Below, piece by piece: positions 56,423 through 64,000 of a stretch of 64,000 bases of DNA (positions are counted from its first letter, which is position 1; every line of letters begins with the position of its first letter). Both the position numbers and the translations under genes were made by a program. The notes under the pieces are model-generated. The model was given only the letters and a program-made list of their open reading frames with translations, was not told the DNA's origin and ran no database searches. The stretch is from contig CAVPVR010000002.1 of assembly GCA_963709285.1 (NCBI GenBank), positions 65,491-129,490 of the forward strand. Direction: 5' to 3'. This DNA is from an uncultured delta proteobacterium. Its GTDB lineage: Bacteria; Desulfobacterota; Desulfobaccia; Desulfobaccales; 0-14-0-80-60-11.

Positions 56423-57037
56423 CTAACAAGTAATATTAAGGTAGGGGAAGTTTGTCATCGAACGAAGTTTTTTCGGGTCTTTGGCAAGATTGTTCAGACC
56501 CTGACAGAGGTTGTCCTCTACCTCATCAAGATCCCTTAACGCCTTGTTGGCAAAATTCTTCTCCCGTAACTCCTCCCAAATATGTTCGGAAGGATTCAAC
56601 TCTGGGCTGCGCGGAGGCAACTTGATCAGCCTAATATTTTCGGGTACCTCCAATCTCCGGGAGATATGCCACCCGGCCTGATCTACCAGCATGAGGATAA
56701 AATAATCCGGAAAATCCTCCGCCACCTGCCTCAAGAAGATATTCATCATCTCCGTATTGGCCCAAGGCAAGATGAGGGAGGTCATTCTCCCCAATGCCGG
56801 GCACACCGCTGTGAAGACATAGAGATAAGTTCTAATAACCTGCCGGGGCGCTTGCGGCCTCGTCCCCAGAGGCGACCAGGCGCGCCTGACATCACTGATG
56901 CGGCCAAAGCGTCCCTCGTCTTGAGCAAAGAGTAACACCGGACGATGATCTTCCGGGGCTCTGTCGGCCAGTTTTTCAGCCATTATTTCGGGAAGTTTTT
57001 TTAAAAGCCTCCTGCTCCTCTTTATCGGCATCGACAT
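56423..57037 (-). CDS. IS630 transposase, DDE catalytic part (ORF B, +1 frame relative to ORF A)
   Basis: LLFAQDEGRFG..., MLVDQAGWH..., LPPRSPELNPSEHIWEELRE (DDE_3 signature). Confidence 0.85.
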   Translation of the reverse strand: MSMPIKRSRRLLKKLPEIMAEKLADRAPEDHRPVLLFAQDEGRFGRISDVRRAWSPLGTRPQAPRQVIRTYLYVFTAVCPALGRMTSLILPWANTEMMNIFLRQVAEDFPDYFILMLVDQAGWHISRRLEVPENIRLIKLPPRSPELNPSEHIWEELREKNFANKALRDLDEVEDNLCQGLNNLAKDPKKLRSMTNFPYLNITC

Positions 57038-57482
57038 GGAACGGCCGGGGCACCACTTTCCGCCAACCCTGCCGTTTAAGTAACCGATAGACGGTGGTCT
57101 TGTGGACTGTTCGACCGATCCGTCTTTCCAAAGCCTCCTTGATTTCTGCTACGGTAACAATCTGGCCGGTAAGCGCCATCTGCCTGAATGATTCTATAAA
57201 GGCAGTCTCTTCGTCCCAGCTTAAATAGGAGCGGCGCCGTCCACCCTTCCCGGGTCCCTCCACCGCTTCCGGCCCCCAGCGATTATATCTGGAAATCAGA
57301 TTATGAACCGATTGCTCCGCAAGTCCGGTATGCAAAGCAATTTCCCCGGCAGAGCGAGGATCAACCAGGGCATTCCAAATAACCAGCCATTTTTGCACTC
57401 GCCAAAACCCCACCGTTGCTTTAATTTTTGCCTGAATTTCTTCCTTGGAAAGGTGGGGGATACTCTTGGTAACTTTTCCCAT
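56976..57482 (-). CDS. IS630 transposase, N-terminal HTH part (ORF A)
   Basis: 168 aa with helix-turn-helix/winged-helix regions. It ends inside an A7 tract (T7 on the plus strand, 56996-57002). Confidence 0.8.
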   Translation of the reverse strand: MGKVTKSIPHLSKEEIQAKIKATVGFWRVQKWLVIWNALVDPRSAGEIALHTGLAEQSVHNLISRYNRWGPEAVEGPGKGGRRRSYLSWDEETAFIESFRQMALTGQIVTVAEIKEALERRIGRTVHKTTVYRLLKRQGWRKVVPRPFHVDADKEEQEAFKKTSRNNG

Positions 57483-57567
57483 GACTGCCCCCTTGATAAT
57501 TTTTGGAGCAGTCTATCATATTACTCATTAGAACGCAACTTAGTATTAGGGGGTTGGGGGAGGGAGC

Positions 57568-57614
57568 TTGAGGGAGGGGGCCAGGGGTCTGTGACCCCTG
57601 GCCCCCTCCCTCAA
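57568..57614. repeat. Perfect 21-bp-stem G/C-tract hairpin (reference copy of the family)
   Basis: TTGAGGGAGGGGGCCAGGGGT-ctgtg-ACCCCTGGCCCCCTCCCTCAA, lying between the IS630 end and the Nfu-like gene stop. Confidence 0.8.
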
Positions 57615-57626
57615 ACCAATATTTCA

Positions 57627-57848
57627 CTAAATCGACTGGACTTCCTTGACTCCGGGGACTTCTTTAATGAGAGCTCGTTCCACCCCCTGTTTGAGGGTCA
57701 TCTGAGACATAGGGCAACCCTGGCAGGCGCCGGTGAGTTGGACTTTTACGATGCCGTCGTCAGTGACATCAATCAGTTGAATATCGCCACCGTCCCTCTG
57801 CAGGAAGGGGCGGATTTTCGCCAAAGCCTGTTCCACTTCTTGTTTCAC
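57627..57848 (-). CDS. NifU C-terminal domain (Nfu-type) Fe-S scaffold protein
   Basis: IRPFLQRDGGDIQLIDV...LTGACQGCPMSQMTLK signature. GTG start. Confidence 0.8.
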   Translation of the reverse strand: MKQEVEQALAKIRPFLQRDGGDIQLIDVTDDGIVKVQLTGACQGCPMSQMTLKQGVERALIKEVPGVKEVQSI

Positions 57849-57939
57849 AAAATGCCTCCAGACAAAATATTTTCTAAATAGTAACCACCGTATTTACGCT
57901 TGTAAAGGGAAGGTGGGAAAAGAAATCTCTTCTCTGGGC

Positions 57940-58722
57940 TTAAGGGGCCAGCGCAAAGGTTACGGTGAGGCGGGCCTTGAAGGTAATCTCCCCCACCTCG
58001 ATAAGTGTCTCCATCTCCTTGCCGCCGGGTGGTGCGGCTGCGCTGGCCAGACCGAACATTCGGGGGTGAATGTCATGCGTGGTGTTTATTTGTTTCACCC
58101 GGGTGACTTTCAGCCCCGCGGCCTGGGCCAGGGCGTCGGCTAATTTGCGGGCCCGTTCCAGGGCCTTGACCGCGGCCTGGCGTTGCAGGTCCTCCTGCTG
58201 GGTATGGCTGAAAAAAGGCCCCTGTACCTGATTGGCGCCATTTTTCAGGGCGGTGTCAGAAACCTGGCCGATTTTCTGCAAATCCCTGAGCTCCACCTTA
58301 AAGCGATGGGAAGCCCGATACCCGGCGATTTCGTCCGTCCTGATTTTCTTGTTGCCCTGAACTATTTCCTTTTTACGGAATATCGGCAAGACCCGATAAT
58401 CCAGGGTTTCCACCTTGTCCTCTTTTCCCAAGGCTTTTTTGACAGCCGTGAGAAATTTTTCGGCCTCTTGGGCGTTGGCCTGGGCGGCCTCCGGGGCTTG
58501 GGGCGCCTCGGTCAAGATGGTGAAGTGCAGGGTGGCTTTATCAGGTGTGGCCTGCACTTGGCCTTCCGCCTCAACTTTAACGGTAGTATCCTGGTTTTTT
58601 TCAGCAGCCGCCCCTAAGAGGGGAAAAATTGCCAAAGGGACCGCCAGGGTCAGGATCAGAAAAACCTGCCGCCATCTGACCGAAAAACCGAATTTGGCAA
58701 AGAACTGTTCGTTTATTTTCAT
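57940..58722 (-). CDS. SIMPL/DUF541 periplasmic protein
   Basis: Signal/TM segment and a two-lobed SIMPL pattern ending ...ITFKARLTVTFALAP. Confidence 0.7.
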   Translation of the reverse strand: MKINEQFFAKFGFSVRWRQVFLILTLAVPLAIFPLLGAAAEKNQDTTVKVEAEGQVQATPDKATLHFTILTEAPQAPEAAQANAQEAEKFLTAVKKALGKEDKVETLDYRVLPIFRKKEIVQGNKKIRTDEIAGYRASHRFKVELRDLQKIGQVSDTALKNGANQVQGPFFSHTQQEDLQRQAAVKALERARKLADALAQAAGLKVTRVKQINTTHDIHPRMFGLASAAAPPGGKEMETLIEVGEITFKARLTVTFALAP

Positions 58723-58807
58723 GAAAATTCCCCTTCAGGAAAAATAACTTCAATTCAGGGCCCAAATTGGCGGAGGGAAAAAGAGACCTAGGCCATTTCC
58801 TGGGGTT

Positions 58808-59812
58808 TCACCCTTCCATGGCCAGCACTGCGGCACCGTCGATTTTACCGGCTTTCAGGAGTTTGAGAGCCTGGTTCGCTTCGGCCAGGGGGAAGAGTTG
58901 AACCTGGGGGCGGATGGGTATTTGGGCCGCCAACTCCAGAAGTTCCTGGCCGTCCTGGCGGGTGCTGGCCGTCACTGAGCGCACGGTTTTCTCAAAGTAC
59001 AGGTGCTGGTGATATTCCAAGGAAGGGATGGTGGACATATGAATGCCCGCCAAAGCCAGGGTCCCACCCCGGTCCAGCACCCTCAAGGCTTCGGGGATGA
59101 GGATACCGGCGGGGGCAAAGATGATGGCCGCGTCGAGCTTGGTGGGCGGCGTGTCCTGGGCCTGGCCCACCCACACGGCTCCCAGTTTCCGGGCAAGCTC
59201 CTGGTGACCGGGACTCCGGGTGAAGACCAGGACTTCGCAGCCCCAGTGGCGGGCCACCTGAATGGCGATGTGAGCTGAGGCCCCGAAGCCGTAGAGCCCC
59301 AGTCGTCCTCCGGGCTTGATCTCAGAAAGACGAAGGGCCCGGTAGCCGATGATGCCGGCGCACAGCAGGGGTGCAGCGCTTTCACCTGGCAGATCCGCAG
59401 GCAAAGGATAGACAAAGTCGGCCTCCGCCGCCACCTGCTCAGCGAACCCTCCGTCCCGGTGCAAGCCGGTGAATTCCGCCGACTCGCAGAGATTCTCCTG
59501 GCCGCCCAGGCAAAAGCGGCACTCCCCGCAAGTTTTGAAGAGCCAGGCCAGGCCGACCCGGTCCCCGGGCTGGAAGCGGAGGACCCCCGGCCCTTGATCC
59601 ACCACTCGCCCTACCACCTGGTGGCCGGGGATAACGGGCAGCCGTTCCAGGGGAAGCTCCCCCTCCACGGTGTGCAGGTCGGTGTGACAGACCCCGCAGT
59701 GACTCACCTGGATGATTATCTGCCCGGGGCCGGGCACCGGGGGGGGCAGTTCCACGGGTTTCAAGGGAGAGCTGGCGGCGGGGCCGGGGAACTCCAGGAG
59801 CATGGCTTTCAC
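58808..59812 (-). CDS. Zinc-dependent alcohol dehydrogenase (MDR family)
   Basis: [10 protein letters not shown] catalytic Zn motif, [15 protein letters not shown] structural Zn motif, and [13 protein letters not shown](P) loop. A GTG start at 59812 (VKAMLLEF) is proposed. The track ORF extends to 59857. Confidence 0.85.
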   Translation of the reverse strand: MKAMLLEFPGPAASSPLKPVELPPPVPGPGQIIIQVSHCGVCHTDLHTVEGELPLERLPVIPGHQVVGRVVDQGPGVLRFQPGDRVGLAWLFKTCGECRFCLGGQENLCESAEFTGLHRDGGFAEQVAAEADFVYPLPADLPGESAAPLLCAGIIGYRALRLSEIKPGGRLGLYGFGASAHIAIQVARHWGCEVLVFTRSPGHQELARKLGAVWVGQAQDTPPTKLDAAIIFAPAGILIPEALRVLDRGGTLALAGIHMSTIPSLEYHQHLYFEKTVRSVTASTRQDGQELLELAAQIPIRPQVQLFPLAEANQALKLLKAGKIDGAAVLAMEG

Positions 59813-60033
59813 GGCACGGACCTCTTCTTGGGGAAATGGTATGGGGAGGAGGGACAAGAAGCGGAGAACCCTGCCTGCACCCCAGGACTAACCCTTGTTA
59901 TGTTACCATAATTCCAGACAAAGAGAAGGCATTCTGTGTCTCTGATCAGGATGAGTCGCAGCTTGCGCATTATTTCCCCCTCTTTTATACTGTAGCCAGT
60001 CCGTCATTGCCCTGGCAACAGTATGAGGTGATC

Positions 60034-61926
60034 ATGGCCCAAAGACCCTTGCGTTTTTCCATCTGGTACTTTCTGTCGTTTTTCCTGATCCTGGTGGCGA
60101 TCCAGACCTTCTTTTCCATCCAACGCTCTTATCCCTTAAGTTACCGGGACTTTCGTAAACTCGTAGAAACCAAGGGCGTGGATGACCTGGAGATCTCAGG
60201 AGAAAACATTACCGGGATCCTCCAGCCCCAGGGGGTGGAGTATCTGGCCAAAGAGACTAAGGACCCGGAACTGCCCCAACGTCTGGAAAAGCAATTCCCC
60301 AAGCAGCCGGTTTTTACCACCGTGAAAATGGAAGACCAAGACCTGCTGGACCGCCTGGACAAGCAGGGCATCAAATACCGGGCCCTCCCCGACCGGACCT
60401 GGCTCACGGCTCTCCTTTCCTGGGTGGTGCCCATGCTGCTGCTGGTGGGCCTGTGGCTGTTCATCTTCCGCCGCTTGAGCGCCGGTGCCGGGGGGATCAT
60501 GTCCATCGGCAAGAGCAAGGCCCGGGTCTACGTGGAGGATGAAACCAAGACCACTTTCGCCGACGTGGCCGGCGTCGAAGAAGCCGAAGAAGAGCTCAAG
60601 GAAATCATCGAGTTCCTCAAGAATCCCAGCAAGTTTCAGGTTCTGGGGGGCAAGATCCCCAAGGGGGTGCTGCTGGTGGGTCCTCCCGGCACCGGCAAGA
60701 CGCTTCTGGCCCGGGCCGTGGCCGGAGAGGCCGGGGTGCCGTTCTTGAGCCTGACCGGCTCGGACTTTGTGGAAATGTTCGTAGGGGTGGGCGCTGCCCG
60801 GGTGCGGGATCTTTTCCAACAGGCCCAGGAAAAGGCCCCTGCCATTATTTTCATCGACGAACTGGACGCCCTGGGGAAGGCCCGGGGGCTTAGCCCCATG
60901 TCCGGCCACGAGGAACGGGAGAACACCCTGAACCAGCTGCTCTCGGAGATGGACGGCTTCGACACCAGGAAGGGGGTCATCATGATGGCCGCCACCAACC
61001 GCCCGGAGATCCTGGACCCGGCCCTCATCCGTCCCGGGCGTTTCGACCGCCAGATCCTGGTGGACCGTCCCAGCCTTATGGGCCGGGAGGACATCCTGAA
61101 AATTCACACCAGAGAGGTCAAACTGGCTGATGATGTCAACCTTCGCACCCTGGCGGCCCGGACCCCGGGCATGGTGGGGTCGGACCTGGCCAACATCGTC
61201 AATGAGGCGGCCCTGCTGGCAGCCAGGAAAGACAGGAGCGCGGTTTCCATGAGCGACTTCGAGGAGGCCATTGACCGGGTGGTGGCGGGCCTCGAGAAGC
61301 GCAACCGCATGATGAATCCCCGGGAAAAAGAGATTGTTGCCTACCACGAGACCGGCCACGCCCTGGTGGCCGAGGCTCTCCCCAACGTGGACCCGGTACA
61401 CCGGGTGTCCATCATCCCCCGGGGCATCGGCGCTCTGGGTTACACCATGCAACTTCCCACCGAGGATCGCTATCTTATGACCAAGAGCGAGCTCGAAGAC
61501 CGCATGGTGGTGATGCTGGGGGGCCGGGTGGCCGAAGAGGTTCACTTCGGGGAAGTATCCACCGGAGCCCAAAACGACCTTTACCGGGCTACGGACATTG
61601 CCCGCTCCATGGTGCGGGAGTATGGCATGAGCGAAACCCTGGGGCCCATGACCTTCGAGCGGGAACGGCGGCCCCTGTTTCTGGAGACCATGATGCCCCC
61701 GACCAGCAAGGACTACAGCGAAGCCACGGCCCAGGAAATCGACCGGGAAGTGAGTGGCCTGGTAGAGCGGGCCCATAACCGGGCCAAGGAAATTCTGGAG
61801 ACCAAACGAGACACCCTGGAGAAGGTGGCTAAAGTTCTCCTGGACAAGGAGGTCTTGGAGGGGAAGGAGCTGCGGCATTTATTGAATGAGAAAAAAGGCA
61901 ATTTAGACGAAGATATAAAGAATTGA
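60034..61926 (+). CDS. ftsH: ATP-dependent zinc metalloprotease FtsH
   Basis: Two TM segments, [17 protein letters not shown], the SRH region, and the HETGHAL Zn motif. The start was set at the ATG at 60034. Confidence 0.95.
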   Translation: MAQRPLRFSIWYFLSFFLILVAIQTFFSIQRSYPLSYRDFRKLVETKGVDDLEISGENITGILQPQGVEYLAKETKDPELPQRLEKQFPKQPVFTTVKMEDQDLLDRLDKQGIKYRALPDRTWLTALLSWVVPMLLLVGLWLFIFRRLSAGAGGIMSIGKSKARVYVEDETKTTFADVAGVEEAEEELKEIIEFLKNPSKFQVLGGKIPKGVLLVGPPGTGKTLLARAVAGEAGVPFLSLTGSDFVEMFVGVGAARVRDLFQQAQEKAPAIIFIDELDALGKARGLSPMSGHEERENTLNQLLSEMDGFDTRKGVIMMAATNRPEILDPALIRPGRFDRQILVDRPSLMGREDILKIHTREVKLADDVNLRTLAARTPGMVGSDLANIVNEAALLAARKDRSAVSMSDFEEAIDRVVAGLEKRNRMMNPREKEIVAYHETGHALVAEALPNVDPVHRVSIIPRGIGALGYTMQLPTEDRYLMTKSELEDRMVVMLGGRVAEEVHFGEVSTGAQNDLYRATDIARSMVREYGMSETLGPMTFERERRPLFLETMMPPTSKDYSEATAQEIDREVSGLVERAHNRAKEILETKRDTLEKVAKVLLDKEVLEGKELRHLLNEKKGNLDEDIKN

Positions 61927-61992
61927 CCCCCTGCCCTTGTTACTGAGCGGAACTCGAAAGCGAGGATCCCGGCATTGACCAAAACAACTCAA

Positions 61993-63345
61993 ATGAATGT
62001 CATAAGATTCTTGTGGGTGGTTTTTCTTGCCATCGCCGTATGGCTCGTTATTCAGGGAAGTATTGGGTCGGCATTTGCCAAGGTACTCTATTTATCTCCT
62101 CACGGTAATGACGCCCAGCCGGGAACCGAACGCCAACCCTGGCGGACCTTGCAGCATGCAGTCACCACGGCCCAGCCGGGGGATACCATTTTCTTGAAAG
62201 CAGGCAGCTATCAAGAGGAGGTCCATCTGACCAAGTCGGGTGGCCTGAAAAATCCCCTGACCATCGCCGCGGTTCCGGGGGAAGCGGTAACGGTGCTGAG
62301 TTTGTTAGTGGAACCGGGTGTATCCCATCTCAAGCTGAAGGACTTCACCGTCAAAGGGTATCAGAATTGGGGCATCGAGCTGAGCGGCGACAATCACCAT
62401 ATTCATCTCAGCGGGCTGAAGATTCAGGGCGGGGAAGTGGGGGTGCGCCTGACAGTGGGGGATTCCGGCCAGGCCCCCCAGTATGGTCCGGTGTCGCATG
62501 TCACCCTGGAAGACTGTGTCATTCAAAATACCGTGTATGCCGGAGTTGACGGCACCCCCGGGCCCTGCAACTATCTCAACTTCCGGAAAGTGGAAGTTTC
62601 CGGCGCCGGTCTTGTAGGTCAGGAATCCTACGCGGCCGACGGCATATCCATTGAGAGAGGCCACCATATCACGGTGGAGGATTGCTTCGTCCATGACAAC
62701 GGCGGTGACGGTATCGACCTGAATTCCCGGGATCGGGAGGGCCGGGTGCCGGGTATCGTGGTGCGGGGCAATAGAGTAGTGCGCAACCGCCTGAACGGGA
62801 TAAAAGTCTGGGCGGGTGGCAGCGTTGAGCACAATGCCATCTGGGGGCAGGGGGACAATCCGTTAGTGGTGGGGATTTTTCCCTGCGAGGCGGAAGTCGT
62901 CCACAATACGGTGGCGTATAACATGTGGGCCAAGGGCTATGGCGCTCGCAATTACGCGGCCACCTTTGGTTACCCGGAGCCTGAAAGCGGCGGGCCTTCT
63001 CGTCCTCAGGTTGACCTGATCATGCATCATAATATCTTTGCCTTTAATACCGGCCCGGTTCACGGGGAACCCACCGGTATCTATGTGGGCCCCGGGGTGC
63101 GCCTGAAAGAGGAACAGGACAATCTGTTTTTCAGCCGGGCCGACAATGAAATATTCCTGGCCCAAAAAGGCCAAGAGGATGGGCGGGAAATTAGCCGGCA
63201 GGACATTGCCCAGGGCTTGTGGGCTCGACTGACCGGTCAGGGCAAGGGGGACCTGACGGCGGATCCCAGGTTTGTCTCGGGTTGGCCCAGGGTGAACCTG
63301 CAGCTTAAACCGGGAAGTCCGGCCACAGGCCGGGGGGCTTATTAA
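61993..63345 (+). CDS. Secreted right-handed parallel beta-helix repeat protein (DUF1565/pectate-lyase-fold like)
   Basis: Signal peptide, YLSPHGNDAQPGTERQPWRTLQHAV...GDTIFLKAGSY, and repeated G-x-x-I/V beta-helix turns. Confidence 0.7.
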   Translation: MNVIRFLWVVFLAIAVWLVIQGSIGSAFAKVLYLSPHGNDAQPGTERQPWRTLQHAVTTAQPGDTIFLKAGSYQEEVHLTKSGGLKNPLTIAAVPGEAVTVLSLLVEPGVSHLKLKDFTVKGYQNWGIELSGDNHHIHLSGLKIQGGEVGVRLTVGDSGQAPQYGPVSHVTLEDCVIQNTVYAGVDGTPGPCNYLNFRKVEVSGAGLVGQESYAADGISIERGHHITVEDCFVHDNGGDGIDLNSRDREGRVPGIVVRGNRVVRNRLNGIKVWAGGSVEHNAIWGQGDNPLVVGIFPCEAEVVHNTVAYNMWAKGYGARNYAATFGYPEPESGGPSRPQVDLIMHHNIFAFNTGPVHGEPTGIYVGPGVRLKEEQDNLFFSRADNEIFLAQKGQEDGREISRQDIAQGLWARLTGQGKGDLTADPRFVSGWPRVNLQLKPGSPATGRGAY

Positions 63346-63485
63346 TCACGATTGATAAAAAATCCGAGAGCATATTTTTATATTTTCTCCATAAAAGCTG
63401 TGGGTTGGCAGGAGTCTTGCCTCCCACCGGACACATAAGCCTGGGAGAACCGGGCTGATCTGGATTTCTCAGCGAAAATTTCCCT

Positions 63486-64000
63486 ATGACCCACCTGGAG
63501 AATTTCTCATCCAGTGCAGCTTTGCAACAGTATCTTCTGGATGAGACGGAACCAGGTTCCCTGGTAATCGTCCCCCACCGGCGGCTGGCCCGGCAGGTTT
63601 GGCATAAGCAGCGTTTGGCTAACCGAGAGCAAGGGCGCTCCGCCTGGGAGCCCTTGCCCCTCACTACCCTGCCGGACTGGTGGACCGAGCTCTACCAAAA
63701 TCTCTGGCCTCCTTACGCTCGTGCCCCGTCCTTAGTACGCTTGGCTCTCTGGCACCAGGCCATGGAAGCTGGTCCCTCCCTGGAAGGAGTTTCCCCCGCC
63801 CTGGAGTGGGCCCAAGCCCTGGACGAGGCTCACGAACTGCTCCTGCGCCACGCCCTGCCTCTGGACACTTCAGGTTCGGCCGAAGCGCCCCTGATACGCT
63901 GGCGCCGGGAGGTCACCCGGATCTATGGGGAGCTTCTCCGGGAAGAGGGGTGGCTGGCTCCTGGAGAGGTGCCGGGATACCTCCATGCAGCCCTGGAAAA
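63486..64000 (+). CDS. 5' fragment of a large protein, possibly an AddB-like/PD-(D/E)XK helicase-nuclease subunit; runs off the right edge
   Basis: Own translation gives MTHLENFSSSAALQQYLLDETEPGSLVIVPHRRLARQVWHKQRL..., open to the window end. The family assignment is tentative. Confidence 0.35.
   Translation, partial: MTHLENFSSSAALQQYLLDETEPGSLVIVPHRRLARQVWHKQRLANREQGRSAWEPLPLTTLPDWWTELYQNLWPPYARAPSLVRLALWHQAMEAGPSLEGVSPALEWAQALDEAHELLLRHALPLDTSGSAEAPLIRWRREVTRIYGELLREEGWLAPGEVPGYLHAALE

Larger units (their letters stand above)
56408..57546 (-). mobile_element. IS630-family insertion sequence (about 1.14 kb)
   Basis: The terminal inverted repeats ATACCAAGATGCAATCTAACAAGTAATAT (left) and the reverse complement of CATATTACTCATTAGAACGCAACTTAGTAT (right) match at about 23 of 30 positions. 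The flanks are TA-rich. Two overlapping transposase ORFs lie inside. Confidence 0.85.

Noticed and set aside
60196-61878. 560-aa minus-strand ORF antisense to ftsH.
   Set aside because: The opposite strand encodes full-length FtsH with all motifs, and the antisense translation is low-complexity.
1-64000. Scan for rRNA, tRNA, tmRNA, RNase P RNA, prophage or integrase genes.
   Set aside because: None was recognised in any intergenic region by eye. A covariance-model scan would be needed to exclude small ncRNAs.

Overview
GC-rich 64-kb chromosomal window from a diderm anaerobe. The gene content resembles sulfate-reducer or syntroph lineages (Thermodesulfobacteriota-like), but I cannot name the organism. 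No rRNA, tRNA or CRISPR array was recognised.

Gene content, left to right:
- 1-6.4 kb: larB 5' fragment, a GT2/GT21 glycosyltransferase, a HAD hydrolase, an S11 D-Ala-D-Ala carboxypeptidase, and an orphan tadE/tadG-like pair behind a consensus sigma-54 promoter.
- 6.6-16.5 kb, minus strand: the conserved outer-membrane block lpxI-lpxA-fabZ-lpxD-skp-bamA-lolD-lolC/E-lysS.
- 17-25 kb: yjbQ, phoH, a 7TM-HD gene (frameshifted), ybeY, pdxJ, a PHP phosphoesterase, and queA.
- 26-39 kb, plus strand: a redox cluster with FwdB-like and FwdA-like proteins, cyclophilin, ferredoxins, an HdrC-like protein, three HdrA-like flavoproteins (one double-length and frameshifted, one fused to MvhD), and a polyferredoxin.
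- 39.3-46.7 kb: the most unusual locus. It holds a small protein ending in GG-LFP, a protein with a UBC/E2-like HPx...GxxIC[IL]G motif, an unknown 135-aa protein, a ClpX paralog lacking the Zn-ribbon, RKH and IGF elements, a JAB/MPN+ protein, and a tandem-domain ThiF/E1-like protein. I read this as a ubiquitination-like conjugation system coupled to an AAA+ unfoldase. It is split by a low-GC 2-kb cargo insertion, and the E1 gene carries an in-frame insertion of a genomic repeat.
- 46.9-64 kb: an aldo/keto reductase, pgi, a sensor kinase with an NtrC-type regulator, a DUF433/DUF5615 toxin-antitoxin pair, thrC, a secreted rhodanese-like gene, a PaaI thioesterase, rlmH, an IS630 element, a Nfu-type protein, a SIMPL protein, a Zn-ADH, ftsH, a beta-helix protein, and a 5' gene fragment.

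The rhodanese-like gene has two in-frame TGA codons exactly at the CxC active-site positions, followed by a SECIS-like hairpin. Several families of G/C-tract palindromic repeats litter the intergenic regions. Many long ORFs in the supplied track are antisense shadow ORFs and were not called.
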